DNA of 64,000 nt, from positions 165,406 to 229,405 of the forward strand of contig CAYGLK010000002.1 of NCBI GenBank assembly GCA_964350985.1, written 5' to 3'. The stretch comes from an uncultured Candidatus Saccharibacteria bacterium (lineage in GTDB: Bacteria > Patescibacteriota > Minisyncoccia > Phycocordibacterales > UBA918). The first letter of the stretch is position 1, and each line of letters starts with the position of its first letter. This document shows, one piece after another, positions 18,204 to 27,984 of the stretch. The notes under the pieces are model-generated. The model made no database searches, was not told the origin of the DNA, and was given only the letters and a program-made list of their open reading frames with translations. The translations under genes were made by a program, and so were the position numbers.

Positions 18204-18611
18204 CTACTTAGGCTTCTTCGCACCGTAGCGCGAACGTCCCATTCGTCGCTCCGCAACTCCAGTAGCATCGTACTTTCCTCGAACAATAGTGTATTGCACA
18301 CCAATGTCCTTTACGCGTCCACCTCGAACCAAAACCACTGAGTGCTCTTGCAAGGTATGCTTGATACCAGGAATGTAAGCAGTGATTTCTTGACCGTTAC
18401 TTAGTCGTACTCGGGCAATCTTTCGAATCGCTGAGTTCGGCTTTCGCGGAGTCTTAGTAGTAACACGAGTACAAACGCCACGTTTAAATGGAGAGTTGTA
18501 AGAGTTTGGCCGATTCTCGATTTTGTTAAATCCAGTATGCAAAGCCCCAGTCTTACTCTTCTTCACTGGATCGCGTCGCTTCTTTCTTGTTAATTGTTGT
18601 ATTGTTGCCAT
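18204..18611 (-). CDS. rpsL: 30S ribosomal protein S12
   Basis: Start reassigned to [14 protein letters not shown] (ATG at 18609-18611), the canonical S12 N-terminus. The 13 upstream codons of the ORF are an extension. Confidence 0.95.
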   Translation of the reverse strand: MATIQQLTRKKRRDPVKKSKTGALHTGFNKIENRPNSYNSPFKRGVCTRVTTKTPRKPNSAIRKIARVRLSNGQEITAYIPGIKHTLQEHSVVLVRGGRVKDIGVQYTIVRGKYDATGVAERRMGRSRYGAKKPK

Positions 18612-18743
18612 AAAGCTCGCATACAATACTATAACTAGCTTTTTTTGCAACCATTAGAGCCCCTCATCAAGGTTCGACCTTGATATAAATAATATCTCGT
18701 AAGCAGAGCAGACCGCCTCAAACACCAAAACAAAAAGTTATAC

Positions 18744-19697
18744 TTACTTGGCCACGAATAGATACCGAAAGCGTCTGTTTGGCTTGTTCCACTCGATCCA
18801 GTAATCACCTGCGTTAAGGCGGCGCTTGCCGTCATCATCACAATAAAGACGCGGGGTTTTAATCTCGCTGTCCAAAATACTGTTGCTGCAAAGCCATTCA
18901 TTACGCTTTTTATTGAGATCTGGTCTTTGTATACCTAAGGCTACTAATTCAGCAAATGTAAGTGCGCGATAACCAGCTTGGTCCATGTCAGCAACTAACC
19001 GTTCTTGCTCTTCTGGATTAGTTTGATACAACCCGTTTGATATTCTTTCAAAATCTGTAATCTCATAATCGATAAACAGGACATCAAAAGTAATGTTCGC
19101 AGGTGGGTTCCAGGGGATGTTTTGGAGTTCACTACGAACCGCTGCTGGTGAAGCGTTGTCAGCTGCCATGAAGGCTCCTTTAGCTGTCTCCCAGTCCTTC
19201 AATTGTCTTTTTAGTTCCCGGGATATTTCAATAGTGACTATTCCTCCTTCAAAGCTTGTGTCTAATGTAGCTGGAGTACCGAGTTCTTTCAATTTATTTA
19301 TTACATTAAACCTACTTACGCCTCTGAGATTTTCCTGTAAAGAATCTAAATGATCTTGCTTAATGAAATCAGGTAGAGCATCTTTTTTTAAGTTCTTAAA
19401 GTGTGCTAGTAATTGCAGCCAGAGCTCACTAAACTCATGTTTTTGTTTATCAGTAAATTGAAGAGATTCGTATATTTCATTGCTTTTAATCTTACATTCG
19501 TCCAAAACCGCAGATGCTCTATCCATTATTGCTTGAAACTTTTCTTCCTCCTGCTCAACTAACTCTCTTGCCTGCGCCCTAAACACTTCTCCAGGTATCA
19601 TTAAATTGTCAATTTCTGCATCAAAATCATCGGCTTTTGCCTCATCTTTAAAAGAAGCAAACGATTTATAAGGTTTTTCTCCAGATTCATTTCCCAT
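18744..19697 (-). CDS. Hypothetical protein (317 aa), upstream of rpsL on the same strand
   Basis: Long ORF with no recognisable motif; acidic N-terminus. Confidence 0.45.
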   Translation of the reverse strand: MGNESGEKPYKSFASFKDEAKADDFDAEIDNLMIPGEVFRAQARELVEQEEEKFQAIMDRASAVLDECKIKSNEIYESLQFTDKQKHEFSELWLQLLAHFKNLKKDALPDFIKQDHLDSLQENLRGVSRFNVINKLKELGTPATLDTSFEGGIVTIEISRELKRQLKDWETAKGAFMAADNASPAAVRSELQNIPWNPPANITFDVLFIDYEITDFERISNGLYQTNPEEQERLVADMDQAGYRALTFAELVALGIQRPDLNKKRNEWLCSNSILDSEIKTPRLYCDDDGKRRLNAGDYWIEWNKPNRRFRYLFVAK

Positions 19698-19784
19698 ATT
19701 TAAAATAGTTACTAAAATTATACCAAAGCAACTACAGATGTATAGCCTAATAGATAAATGCCACTTTAAAATGTTCTTGTCGCT

Positions 19785-20420
19785 CTAGCCCCCAATCAAA
19801 AGCATGGTGAAGCTACGAGTCAAAACGTAAAGTGGTGGTCCGAGGAAAAGGATAAAGGCAATAATGACAACTGAGAATGAAATAGCGATATTTTGTTCCA
19901 TAAATTGACGGAAGCGATCGTAACTCATCGCTAGCGAATAAGGTAGGAATTTAGGCAGAATCTTTGAACCATCAAGCGGTGGAATCGGTACTAAGTTAAA
20001 CAGAGCCAAAAAAATGTTTAAGATAATGATATTGACTGATAGGCCAACAAAAGTGTCTGAAAGCTGTAAAATGTCGGCACTTCTGACCAAGACAGCAAAA
20101 ACTATCGCAATGAAGATATTGGCTAGTGGTCCAGCTGCAGCAACAATAGCCTCCCCCCACTTTTGGTTGGTGAAGTTGTAGGGATTGTAAGGAACTGGCT
20201 TAGCTGCACCAAAAAGGAATGGTGAACCGCTCAAAACAAGCAAGGCTGGAAGGATAACTGACATTAAAGGGTCAATATGAACAAGAGGGTTGGCTGACAA
20301 GCGTCCCTGAAGGCGTGCTGTAGGGTCGCCAAGCCAATTAGCGGCGTATCCGTGAGCCATTTCATGAATAACGACAGAAAGTACGAGAGCGACGATAATA
20401 GCGATTTGTATTGGATCCAT
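19785..20420 (-). CDS. Site-2 protease family (M50) membrane zinc metalloprotease
   Basis: HEMAHGYAANWLGD (HExxH in TM helix) and downstream NLVPIPPLDGSKIL motif. Start trimmed to MDPIQIAI because the ORF's 5' extension overlaps the divergent rpmB. Confidence 0.75.
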   Translation of the reverse strand: MDPIQIAIIVALVLSVVIHEMAHGYAANWLGDPTARLQGRLSANPLVHIDPLMSVILPALLVLSGSPFLFGAAKPVPYNPYNFTNQKWGEAIVAAAGPLANIFIAIVFAVLVRSADILQLSDTFVGLSVNIIILNIFLALFNLVPIPPLDGSKILPKFLPYSLAMSYDRFRQFMEQNIAISFSVVIIAFILFLGPPLYVLTRSFTMLLIGG

Positions 20421-20495
20421 AGTGTTCTTATAGTACTTATGAAAGCTTGCAATATCAAGTATGCATGCTAGTATAGCGGGACTAAAAACAAGCAT

Positions 20496-20738
20496 ATGGC
20501 AAAACAATGCGACATCACAGGAAAGAAGACCCAAATCGGGGGACGATACAGTAACCGCACTCGTGCGACGCAGTTTAATCCGTGCGGAAAAACAAAGCGT
20601 TCACCAAACCTACAGAAGAAGAGAATCTATGTAGCAGAGTTAGGAAAGTCAGTTACAGTAAAAGTTTCTACTAAAGGACTTCGAACTATTGCAAAGAACG
20701 GAGCGTACAAAACTCTTCGAGAAGCAAAGTTGGTTTAA
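20496..20738 (+). CDS. rpmB: 50S ribosomal protein L28
   Basis: 80 aa; MAKQCDITGKKTQIGG...NLQKKRIYV...VSTKGLRTIAKNG matches bL28. Confidence 0.8.
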   Translation: MAKQCDITGKKTQIGGRYSNRTRATQFNPCGKTKRSPNLQKKRIYVAELGKSVTVKVSTKGLRTIAKNGAYKTLREAKLV

Positions 20739-20744
20739 CCAAAA

Positions 20745-20785
20745 CAAAAGACCGGCGCCCTAGGGCGCCGGTCTTTTGTTTTACT
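20745..20785 (+). terminator. Intrinsic terminator after rpmB (agaccggcgccctagggcgccggtct + TTTTGTTTT)
   Basis: Perfect 11-bp stem. A near-identical hairpin recurs at 40246-40268. Confidence 0.7.
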
Positions 20786-21667
20786 TTACTCAATCCATAT
20801 TTGCTGACCATCCGTTTTAAAAACTACAGTCCCCTGCTCTGCTGTCGAAAAAAGCTCAATGTTTCTTTTACTTAATTTATCTAGTACCTCAGTGTGTGGA
20901 TGTCCGTAACTATTTCCTTTACCAGCAGACACTACAGCATAATCAGGCATAACCAGATCTAAGAATAAATCAGCTGTGGCAGTCCTAGATCCGTGATGCC
21001 CCAACTTTAAAACTTCACTTTCTAAAACATCTCCATAAGTCTTACCTATGTACTCTTCAATATTTAGAGTGGCATCCCCAGTCAACATAAACTCAATATC
21101 GCCATAACGTAGCTGCAAGACAATAGACGAAGTATTACTTTCCCAACTAGTCGGATCAGAAGCGGGAGAAAAAATAACTAAGGTGGTAGATGCACCAAGC
21201 TGAATCGTTTGCCCGGCGCGAGCCAATAGAATATCACTGGTCTCATTTTTTACCGCGGAAGAAAAAGAGCTAGATACAGCTGAGTCACTGGTATTTTCGG
21301 TGGTAATAATCTTGTCTACTTGATAACGAGCAAGCACATCAACCAGTCCACCAATATGATCTTTGTCTGGATGAGTAGATAAAACAATATCTAAATCTCG
21401 ATCCCAAATCGACATTTGCCTTGGCAACTCGCGCAAGACCGTATTGTCCGGACCACCATCAATCAGCAACTGCACACCATCAAACGTCTCAATAAAAATA
21501 GCATCTCCTTGGCCAACATCTAGAAAGGCCACGGTCAAAATTTCGTCACTTAGCGAACCGGCGCTACTAGCACTCTGTTGTCCGATATAGCCTGGATATA
21601 AAAACACAAAACCAACGAGGAAAATCAGCGCTGTCAAAAACAATATCCTAGCTCGCAAAACAGACAT
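20786..21667 (-). CDS. ComEC-type metallo-beta-lactamase domain protein (stand-alone C-terminal module of ComEC/Rec2)
   Basis: 293 aa; N-terminal signal anchor, then HPDKDHIGGL and LKLGHHGSRTA...YGHPH MBL motifs typical of the ComEC C-domain. Confidence 0.75.
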   Translation of the reverse strand: MSVLRARILFLTALIFLVGFVFLYPGYIGQQSASSAGSLSDEILTVAFLDVGQGDAIFIETFDGVQLLIDGGPDNTVLRELPRQMSIWDRDLDIVLSTHPDKDHIGGLVDVLARYQVDKIITTENTSDSAVSSSFSSAVKNETSDILLARAGQTIQLGASTTLVIFSPASDPTSWESNTSSIVLQLRYGDIEFMLTGDATLNIEEYIGKTYGDVLESEVLKLGHHGSRTATADLFLDLVMPDYAVVSAGKGNSYGHPHTEVLDKLSKRNIELFSTAEQGTVVFKTDGQQIWIE

Positions 21668-21736
21668 TCTTTTATTATACAGCTCAGTATTTTTATCTCT
21701 GCTATAATATTTAAAATATAAGTTAAATACATCTAT

Positions 21737-22315
21737 ATGAATTACGAACCAAAAACATTCAACGTCCCGGAATTAGCCGGAATTAGTAAGGAAACTATTG
21801 ATGAACACATCGGTCTATACCAAGGCTACGTCAAACACGTAAATCTAATTCGCGACAAAATTACTGCCTACAGCAATGACAAAGACAACAACGGCTACGC
21901 TATTGCTGAAATGCAACGTCGTCTTGGTTTTGAGTTTGGCGGTATGCGCAATCATGAATATTACTTTACGCAATTTGAAGGTGGTGCAAAGAAGCTACCT
22001 GATGGAAAATTCAAAAATTTAATCGAAAAACAGTGGGGTAGCTTTGATGACTGGCTGGAGAGATTCACTGAGATTGCCCTTACTCGAGGAGTTGGTTGGG
22101 CGATGCTTTATTTTGATTCAAAGACAGAGCAGTTGGTTCAGACCTGGGTAGACGAACAACAACTTGGACAACTAGCTGACTTAGACATTGTCTTAGCTCT
22201 AGATATGTGGGAGCACTCATACATGTTAGATTTTCCACCAAGCAAAAAGAAAGAATACGTAAAAGCTTTTTTTGAAAATCTAAACTGGGAAGAAGTTGCT
22301 AGTCGAGTAGACTAA
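21737..22315 (+). CDS. sodA: Fe/Mn superoxide dismutase
   Basis: 192 aa; NHEYYF and DMWEHSYMLDF motifs (SOD D-x-WEH-x-YY signature). Confidence 0.75.
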   Translation: MNYEPKTFNVPELAGISKETIDEHIGLYQGYVKHVNLIRDKITAYSNDKDNNGYAIAEMQRRLGFEFGGMRNHEYYFTQFEGGAKKLPDGKFKNLIEKQWGSFDDWLERFTEIALTRGVGWAMLYFDSKTEQLVQTWVDEQQLGQLADLDIVLALDMWEHSYMLDFPPSKKKEYVKAFFENLNWEEVASRVD

Positions 22316-23982
22316 CGGAAGAAGATCGGAGTATCCGAATCAGACGGTAAGTCAGCTCCTGACTTACCGTCTGATTTTTTAGATCCATTTTTGAGGTCAG
22401 TCACGTTATCTTTTTCCTCCACAATCACCCAATTGGTTAGATCAATTTTTGCGGTTTGTGATTTCTCAGTTTTATTATTCAGTCTTAAAAGTTTTTCGCC
22501 CATTTCACTATAACCAAACTCCCCACCTTGGCTATACCTGCGCCAAATAAAATATCCAAGTAACGTATATGCGAGGATAACCAAATAAAATGGGAAGACT
22601 GGAACTGTGTAGGCAGCAAAAGGAAGTCCAGCAAACCATAGCGCCATACTGTTTATATATGTCAGAGAGAAATATGTTGGTACAGCCACTAAAGAAGATA
22701 GTGGTAGGGATACAAAACCGACTAAGCCGGTTAAAAAAGTAAGTAACATCGCCACTGGTACCATTGGTAAAACTAAAACATTAACTAGAACGGCCACAAC
22801 TGACAGCTCGCCGATTTGATATAAAAGCAAAGGCAATACTGCTACTTGAGTGGCTAAGGTAGCAATCATAAAACCCCTAATACCAATGAAGTTCGGAACA
22901 CGCGTTAGAAATGATTCTAAACCAGGAGCGATTAGAATTAGTCCGAGCGTAGCTAAAAATGAAAGCTGAAAACCAACGTCATAAACAAGTAGATGAGGAT
23001 TTATTAGAACCATAATAGCCCCAGCTAAAAGTAGTCCTCGCAAGACAAAATAAACTCGACCAGTTACTTGAACAACAAGAAGTAGTGAAGCCATGATACT
23101 GGCTCGCATTACCGTGGCAGACAGACCAACCAATAGGGCAAATAGAGTTATGGCCATAACTCCCGCTATCACTCTAGGTTTTGGTGGCAAAAAATAACCG
23201 AGGATAAACATCACAAATATAACGACTAGCATAATATTGTAGCCAGACAAAACCACAATATGAATAATACCCGTCTTTCTAAAAGCCAACTCTAACTCTT
23301 CTCCTAGGGCTTGCTTAACTCCGAGCAACAATCCCTCTCCCAAAGCAACAGCTGGTTCACTAATCACCTGCTCTAAGTTTTGCATAAATGATTGCTTAAA
23401 CTTAATCAGAGAAGCAACAATCAGATTACCCTCTCCTGAACCTAGTACGGCAACTTCAGCAAAGCTTATTTTATATTCAATTCCTTTTGCTTTTAAATAG
23501 CCAGGATAATTAAAAGTTCGACCCAAGTCAGTGGTAAAACTTTCCGGTTTTTCTAAAACACCCGTGACCGAAACAACGTCACCATAATTAATTTTTTGAT
23601 ATTTATCGACCGAGACTAGCACCGAGTCTCTTTCTGTCTCAATCTGAAGCATTGTGTTCTTGGCGCGGACATCAGGTTCTGAAACCACTATTCCTTCTAT
23701 ACTAATTTCGCTTCCAACCTTATCACTCAAAAAAGAATTACTGAAAGACTGTTCAGCAAAATCTACTCGCAAGGCACCCAAGCTTGCAGTCATGATAAAT
23801 ACCCCGATAAATAAAAAACCTCTGATCTCAACTTTATTTAAAGTGCGGTGCCAGAGTAAAGTAAAAACAAAACCAAAAAATATGAGAACTGTTATTTCTG
23901 GCAAGGAGAGTGGGAAGAAAGTAGCTAAAGCAACTCCAAGTAAGAAACTCAATGTTATTAGATAAAAATAATGAATTAGCAT
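22312..23982 (-). CDS. comEC: ComEC/Rec2 competence membrane channel (N-terminal OB/DUF4131 plus competence TM domain; no MBL domain)
   Basis: 556 aa polytopic membrane protein; VYDVGFQLSFLATLGLIL matches the ComEC competence-domain signature. Confidence 0.75.
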   Translation of the reverse strand: MLIHYFYLITLSFLLGVALATFFPLSLPEITVLIFFGFVFTLLWHRTLNKVEIRGFLFIGVFIMTASLGALRVDFAEQSFSNSFLSDKVGSEISIEGIVVSEPDVRAKNTMLQIETERDSVLVSVDKYQKINYGDVVSVTGVLEKPESFTTDLGRTFNYPGYLKAKGIEYKISFAEVAVLGSGEGNLIVASLIKFKQSFMQNLEQVISEPAVALGEGLLLGVKQALGEELELAFRKTGIIHIVVLSGYNIMLVVIFVMFILGYFLPPKPRVIAGVMAITLFALLVGLSATVMRASIMASLLLVVQVTGRVYFVLRGLLLAGAIMVLINPHLLVYDVGFQLSFLATLGLILIAPGLESFLTRVPNFIGIRGFMIATLATQVAVLPLLLYQIGELSVVAVLVNVLVLPMVPVAMLLTFLTGLVGFVSLPLSSLVAVPTYFSLTYINSMALWFAGLPFAAYTVPVFPFYLVILAYTLLGYFIWRRYSQGGEFGYSEMGEKLLRLNNKTEKSQTAKIDLTNWVIVEEKDNVTDLKNGSKKSDGKSGADLPSDSDTPIFFR

Positions 23983-24082
23983 TTTTTAGTCTACTCATTA
24001 TAACAATAGTGACTCAGTAAAATTTAAAATAAAAAAACCGCTGAGCGCCGGTGTTGGCGCTCGCGATGTTTGACTTTGCTGG

Positions 24083-24421
24083 CTATGCAGCGCTACGGAC
24101 AAGGCTTCCCTTGAGAGTCACTTTGACCCTCTTCAGGTGTTGCACCTCTGCACCGAGCGCGATAGAAAGAGACTGGTCCTCATTGATCATGTCGACGAGA
24201 ACATTGAGCTCTCGATGGGCAGCGATGATTTCGAGGCGAGTCATGCTACTAATCCGATTCTTGACGAAGAAATTTTTGTACTTTTGGTAAGCTTCTCTCA
24301 CCAAGTCGAAATTCGTCATCGTCGGGGACACACTTGAATCTGAACGCATAACAGCTCCCAGCTGCAGCACACGTTGTACTGCTTCAGACAGGACGATACA
24401 TTCAGATACAAAAAAAGTCAA
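24083..24421 (-). CDS. Hypothetical protein (GC-rich islet)
   Basis: 112 aa ORF followed on the minus strand by hairpin terminator 24043-24062 plus T-run. Confidence 0.35.
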   Translation of the reverse strand: MTFFVSECIVLSEAVQRVLQLGAVMRSDSSVSPTMTNFDLVREAYQKYKNFFVKNRISSMTRLEIIAAHRELNVLVDMINEDQSLSIALGAEVQHLKRVKVTLKGSLVRSAA

Positions 24422-24560
24422 TCACACTGATGTGCGATCAACCTGTTTGGAGGGTCGCGACGAAGTCGCGACCCATCCCCTCACTTCTTCGGCTCAACCG
24501 GTCTTGGGCGACCTTTTTGCGGATACCCTCCGGTTGGTTTTCTCTTTTGTTTTTGGTGAT

Positions 24561-24872
24561 TCAAGCGACTACTCTCTGTCGCTCAGTTTCAGAAGGCGGA
24601 AAAGCCGGCAGTGGCGGCGACTCCTCTTTGAGTTGCCTGAGTCGGATTGACATCCAAGACTTCCAAGCAACCAACCTGGTAAAGGTAGGCACCCCGTAGT
24701 GCACGCCTTCTTTGCGACACTCAGTGACCAGCTGGCCGATTTCTTCATAAAGTTTTTCTACATCCTTCACACTGAGTGCGAAATTCTCTCCGCTTTCGTT
24801 GAGTTCGGATAGACGCAGGATCATTCTATCAAGCCTCTCGGTCAAAGACTCTACTTGCTTTCTGACTTTCAT
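24561..24872 (-). CDS. Hypothetical protein (GC-rich islet)
   Basis: Likely start MKVRKQVESL preceded by hairpin gcagcacatggagtgctgc; predicted coiled-coil. Confidence 0.35.
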   Translation of the reverse strand: MKVRKQVESLTERLDRMILRLSELNESGENFALSVKDVEKLYEEIGQLVTECRKEGVHYGVPTFTRLVAWKSWMSIRLRQLKEESPPLPAFPPSETERQRVVA

Positions 24873-25030
24873 TTTGTCGCACCTATGCAGCACTCCATGT
24901 GCTGCTCCGTGTTGGAATATAACAAACACATACAATAACGCAAGTAACATTTGTGATCTTTACAAGCTAACTCATTTAAAAAAGAACGAACCACCCCGAG
25001 GGGTGGTTTTGATCGCAACCCACCGGGTTG

Positions 25031-25261
25031 CTATTTGACAGTTTGTTCAAGGCTGTTTCGCAGGCCAACAAGCCTCTTCCGGCGCAGTGGGTCGTTCCTT
25101 ACTTCGGCGATGGCTCTCAAGACCATCGTGAGGAAGGCCTTTGCTTTCTTCAAGCAGCGAAATTCCCTCTTGGTCTGCAAGAAACCCTCGACCCTATCCA
25201 ATGGGTCTTTCTTTTCTGCAGCCTTTTGGTTCGATTTCCGGTGTCTTTTCGGCTTGGACAT
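25031..25261 (-). CDS. Hypothetical basic protein (GC-rich islet)
   Basis: Likely start MSKPKRHRK; followed on the minus strand by terminator hairpin 24991-25008. Confidence 0.3.
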   Translation of the reverse strand: MSKPKRHRKSNQKAAEKKDPLDRVEGFLQTKREFRCLKKAKAFLTMVLRAIAEVRNDPLRRKRLVGLRNSLEQTVK

Positions 25262-25334
25262 TAGCGTCTCTCCCTCAGCACGGGATGTGCTGCCAAAAGT
25301 GAATATAGCAAAAAATCTGACTCTAGTAAACTGT

Positions 25335-25763
25335 TTATTTACCGTCCAAGGCCTCATTAACTAAACGATCGGCCTCTTTGTTTTTTTCTCGTGGAACGTG
25401 GACAAAAGTAATGTTAGGAAAACTAGCAACCCGCATATTATGAATCTCAATAAACATTGGTACTAGACCGGGTTCTTTTATTTGATAGATGCCGCTTAGC
25501 TGCTTTTGGACCAATTCACTATCAAGACGAATCTCAAACTGCATTGTTTTAGACTTCTTACCATAGAGCTGCTTAAGTGTTTGTAGAGCGAGCATAACTC
25601 CGTAATACTCAGCAAAGTTGTTAGTGGCATTTCCGAGAGTCTTTTTTTCCTCATGAACTACTTCTCCTTTAACGTCAGTAATATAAACTCCAGCGGCCGC
25701 TGGTCCTGGGTTACCTCGTGACCCTCCGTCAGTGTAAGTAATTATTTTTTCCATTTCGTTCAT
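25335..25763 (-). CDS. rnhA: Ribonuclease HI
   Basis: MNEMEKIITYTDGGSRGNPGPAAAGV...EYYGVMLAL...HVPREKNKEADRL: RNase H catalytic motifs. Confidence 0.8.
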   Translation of the reverse strand: MNEMEKIITYTDGGSRGNPGPAAAGVYITDVKGEVVHEEKKTLGNATNNFAEYYGVMLALQTLKQLYGKKSKTMQFEIRLDSELVQKQLSGIYQIKEPGLVPMFIEIHNMRVASFPNITFVHVPREKNKEADRLVNEALDGK

Positions 25764-25791
25764 TATAACAAAAATCGATCTAAAACACGAC

Positions 25792-27501
25792 TTAGAGAAT
25801 ATCGACAATACGAAGTCTCGTTTGTAGTCGGTTCATAAAATAACTCTCCTCAAAGTGCACCAACAAAGAACACTCCGCTTCGGTAGTCGGAGTACTGGAA
25901 AACTGAGTGACTGTCTTAAAGAAAGCAATAGCTTCTTTAGCTAAACCTCTAGTATCGAAAGATAACTTAGTATGTTCCTTAGCTTTACCAAAAGCAGTAA
26001 CGGCTGTGGGGCGAACTTTATTGATTAAATACAATGGCTTGCGATTATCACAACCAAAGGGAGCACATTGTCTTTGGGCTCGAAGTAACTCGTGATCAAA
26101 TTGATCTAGGGTAAGTGTCATATCAACCAACAGTGGCTCAGAAACAGCTGCTGCCGCACCTAGTTTCTTATACGCTCCAAGCAAACCTTCAGCTAGGTCG
26201 TGGATTTTTTCTTCATTGACCGAAAAACCGCCAGCAACATGATGCCCACCAAACTCAGAGAAAATTTCTGGAATCTCCTCCATTAGACGAACAACACTTA
26301 TGCCACCGCCTGAACGACAAGAACCTTTAATAACACCGTTGCCATCTCGACCCCACAAAAAAGCCGGTCGATTATTTTCTTCAGCTAACTTTCCGGCGGC
26401 TAAACCGACCAAGGAAGGTCTCCACTCTGTGTTACCAAGGACAATCACCTCAGGTAGCTCAATCATTTTTTTTAGACGAACATGAACCTCTTTGGTCATT
26501 TGCGCCACAGCTGATTTGCGATCAGTGTTTAGCTTTTCTAGGTGCTTTAGATATTTGCCAGCTTCACCTTCGTCTGTTGTCGCCAGAAGATTAAAAGCGT
26601 CTTCAGGAGTATCCATCCGCGACGCGGCGTTTATCCTTGGACCTATTGAAAAACCGATATCATCTTCAGCTAAATAATTCTGGTTAATTTTTTGTTTACG
26701 AAGTAACTGCTGCAAGCCTGGACGTCGGGACTTTCGTAAAACTGTTAGTCCGTAGTGAGCGAGGACGCGATTCTCATCTGTTAGCGGCACCATGTCAGCA
26801 ATCGTAGCAATGCCTACCATATCTAAAAACCACTTTTCCTGTCCTTCTTTCAAATCAAACTTTCCACGCTCAATCAGAGCTTGCACCAACTTAAAAACAA
26901 CTGCCGCGCCGCATAAGCCAGAAAAAGGATACGTGTCACCTACTTTTGGATTTACTACTGCTACTGCTTCAGGTAAATTTTCTTTTGGTTCATGGTGATC
27001 AGTGATAATGACGTCAATATTGTTTTCCTTAGCCAACTTCACCGCTTCAATATCAGTGGTCCCACAATCAATGGTGATAATCAGAGCAGGGTTTTGTTCT
27101 TCTTTTAACTTCAAAACTGCTTTTTCACTTAAACCAAAACCATCAAAATGACGATGTGGAATATGATTATAAAAATTTTCAAAACCGATAGCTTTGAAAA
27201 AATCATGAAGGACAACTGCGCCTGGAATACCGTCACAGTCATAGTCACTGTAAATAATTACTCTTTCGTTTTTAGAGATCGCTTTCAAAACTCTAGTGAC
27301 TGCTTTTTCCATATCGTGTAAAAGAAATGGATCATGCAGCTTTTCAGCGTAAGAAGGATTCAAAAAATCTTCTGCAGCTGCAGTATTTTTTATTCCTCGA
27401 TTAAAAAGTAAAGTTCTAAGAACCTCACTATAATTAGATAACTCCTGGTTGGTTTCATCAGAGAGAGATGGTAAAACCTCAAAGATAGACATATAACCCA
27501 T
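25792..27501 (-). CDS. recJ: Single-stranded-DNA-specific exonuclease RecJ
   Basis: 569 aa; DHH motifs (YSDYDCDGI, ITDHH) and DHHA1 region. Confidence 0.85.
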   Translation of the reverse strand: MGYMSIFEVLPSLSDETNQELSNYSEVLRTLLFNRGIKNTAAAEDFLNPSYAEKLHDPFLLHDMEKAVTRVLKAISKNERVIIYSDYDCDGIPGAVVLHDFFKAIGFENFYNHIPHRHFDGFGLSEKAVLKLKEEQNPALIITIDCGTTDIEAVKLAKENNIDVIITDHHEPKENLPEAVAVVNPKVGDTYPFSGLCGAAVVFKLVQALIERGKFDLKEGQEKWFLDMVGIATIADMVPLTDENRVLAHYGLTVLRKSRRPGLQQLLRKQKINQNYLAEDDIGFSIGPRINAASRMDTPEDAFNLLATTDEGEAGKYLKHLEKLNTDRKSAVAQMTKEVHVRLKKMIELPEVIVLGNTEWRPSLVGLAAGKLAEENNRPAFLWGRDGNGVIKGSCRSGGGISVVRLMEEIPEIFSEFGGHHVAGGFSVNEEKIHDLAEGLLGAYKKLGAAAAVSEPLLVDMTLTLDQFDHELLRAQRQCAPFGCDNRKPLYLINKVRPTAVTAFGKAKEHTKLSFDTRGLAKEAIAFFKTVTQFSSTPTTEAECSLLVHFEESYFMNRLQTRLRIVDIL

Positions 27502-27537
27502 GTTAACACGAGCTGTAATTACGGTATACTATTCAGC

Positions 27538-27954
27538 ATGATTGATACAATTTTTAGCAAAATAATTGCTCGAGAAATTCCTGCAAACATTGTTTATGAA
27601 GATGATTTAGTGTTGGCTTTTCTAGACATCACACCAGTGAATCATGGACACACTTTGGTGATACCTAAAAAACCTTTTGTGGATATTTTTGATGGAGATA
27701 CGGAGACTCTAGCGCAGATGATGCGGGTTGCACAAAAAATTTCCCTAGCGTTAAAACAGTGCGGTTTAGCAGAAGGGGTTAACCTGATCATGAATAACGG
27801 TGAAGCTGCTGGACAAGAAGTCTTTCATTCTCACCTTCATGTAGTTCCGAGAATTACCGGTGACGAGGTATTTCTAAAACCTAAACACGTAGAAAATCCA
27901 ACCGATAAATTTGAAGAAGTGACAGAAAAATTAACAAAAGCCCTGGCTAACTAA
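27538..27954 (+). CDS. HIT family (histidine triad) hydrolase
   Basis: 138 aa; HSHLHVVPR histidine triad. Confidence 0.85.
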   Translation: MIDTIFSKIIAREIPANIVYEDDLVLAFLDITPVNHGHTLVIPKKPFVDIFDGDTETLAQMMRVAQKISLALKQCGLAEGVNLIMNNGEAAGQEVFHSHLHVVPRITGDEVFLKPKHVENPTDKFEEVTEKLTKALAN

Positions 27955-27984
27955 AGCTCGGGCTTTTGTTTATACTTTAAATAA

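Noticed and set aside
18635-18901. 88-aa minus-strand ORF overlapping the rpsL start and the 18744..19697 gene end
   Set aside because: Overlaps two better-supported genes in a different frame.
20421-20534. N-terminal 38-codon extension of the M50 protease ORF
   Set aside because: Overlaps the divergently transcribed rpmB (bL28, 20496..20738); the internal Met gives a normal M50 N-terminus.
24430-25364. Multiple overlapping plus-strand ORFs (89, 72, 79, 78, 109 aa) in the 24.4-25.4 kb GC-rich islet
   Set aside because: High GC inflates random ORF length. The minus-strand genes each have a downstream hairpin terminator and are preferred, though even those are low confidence.
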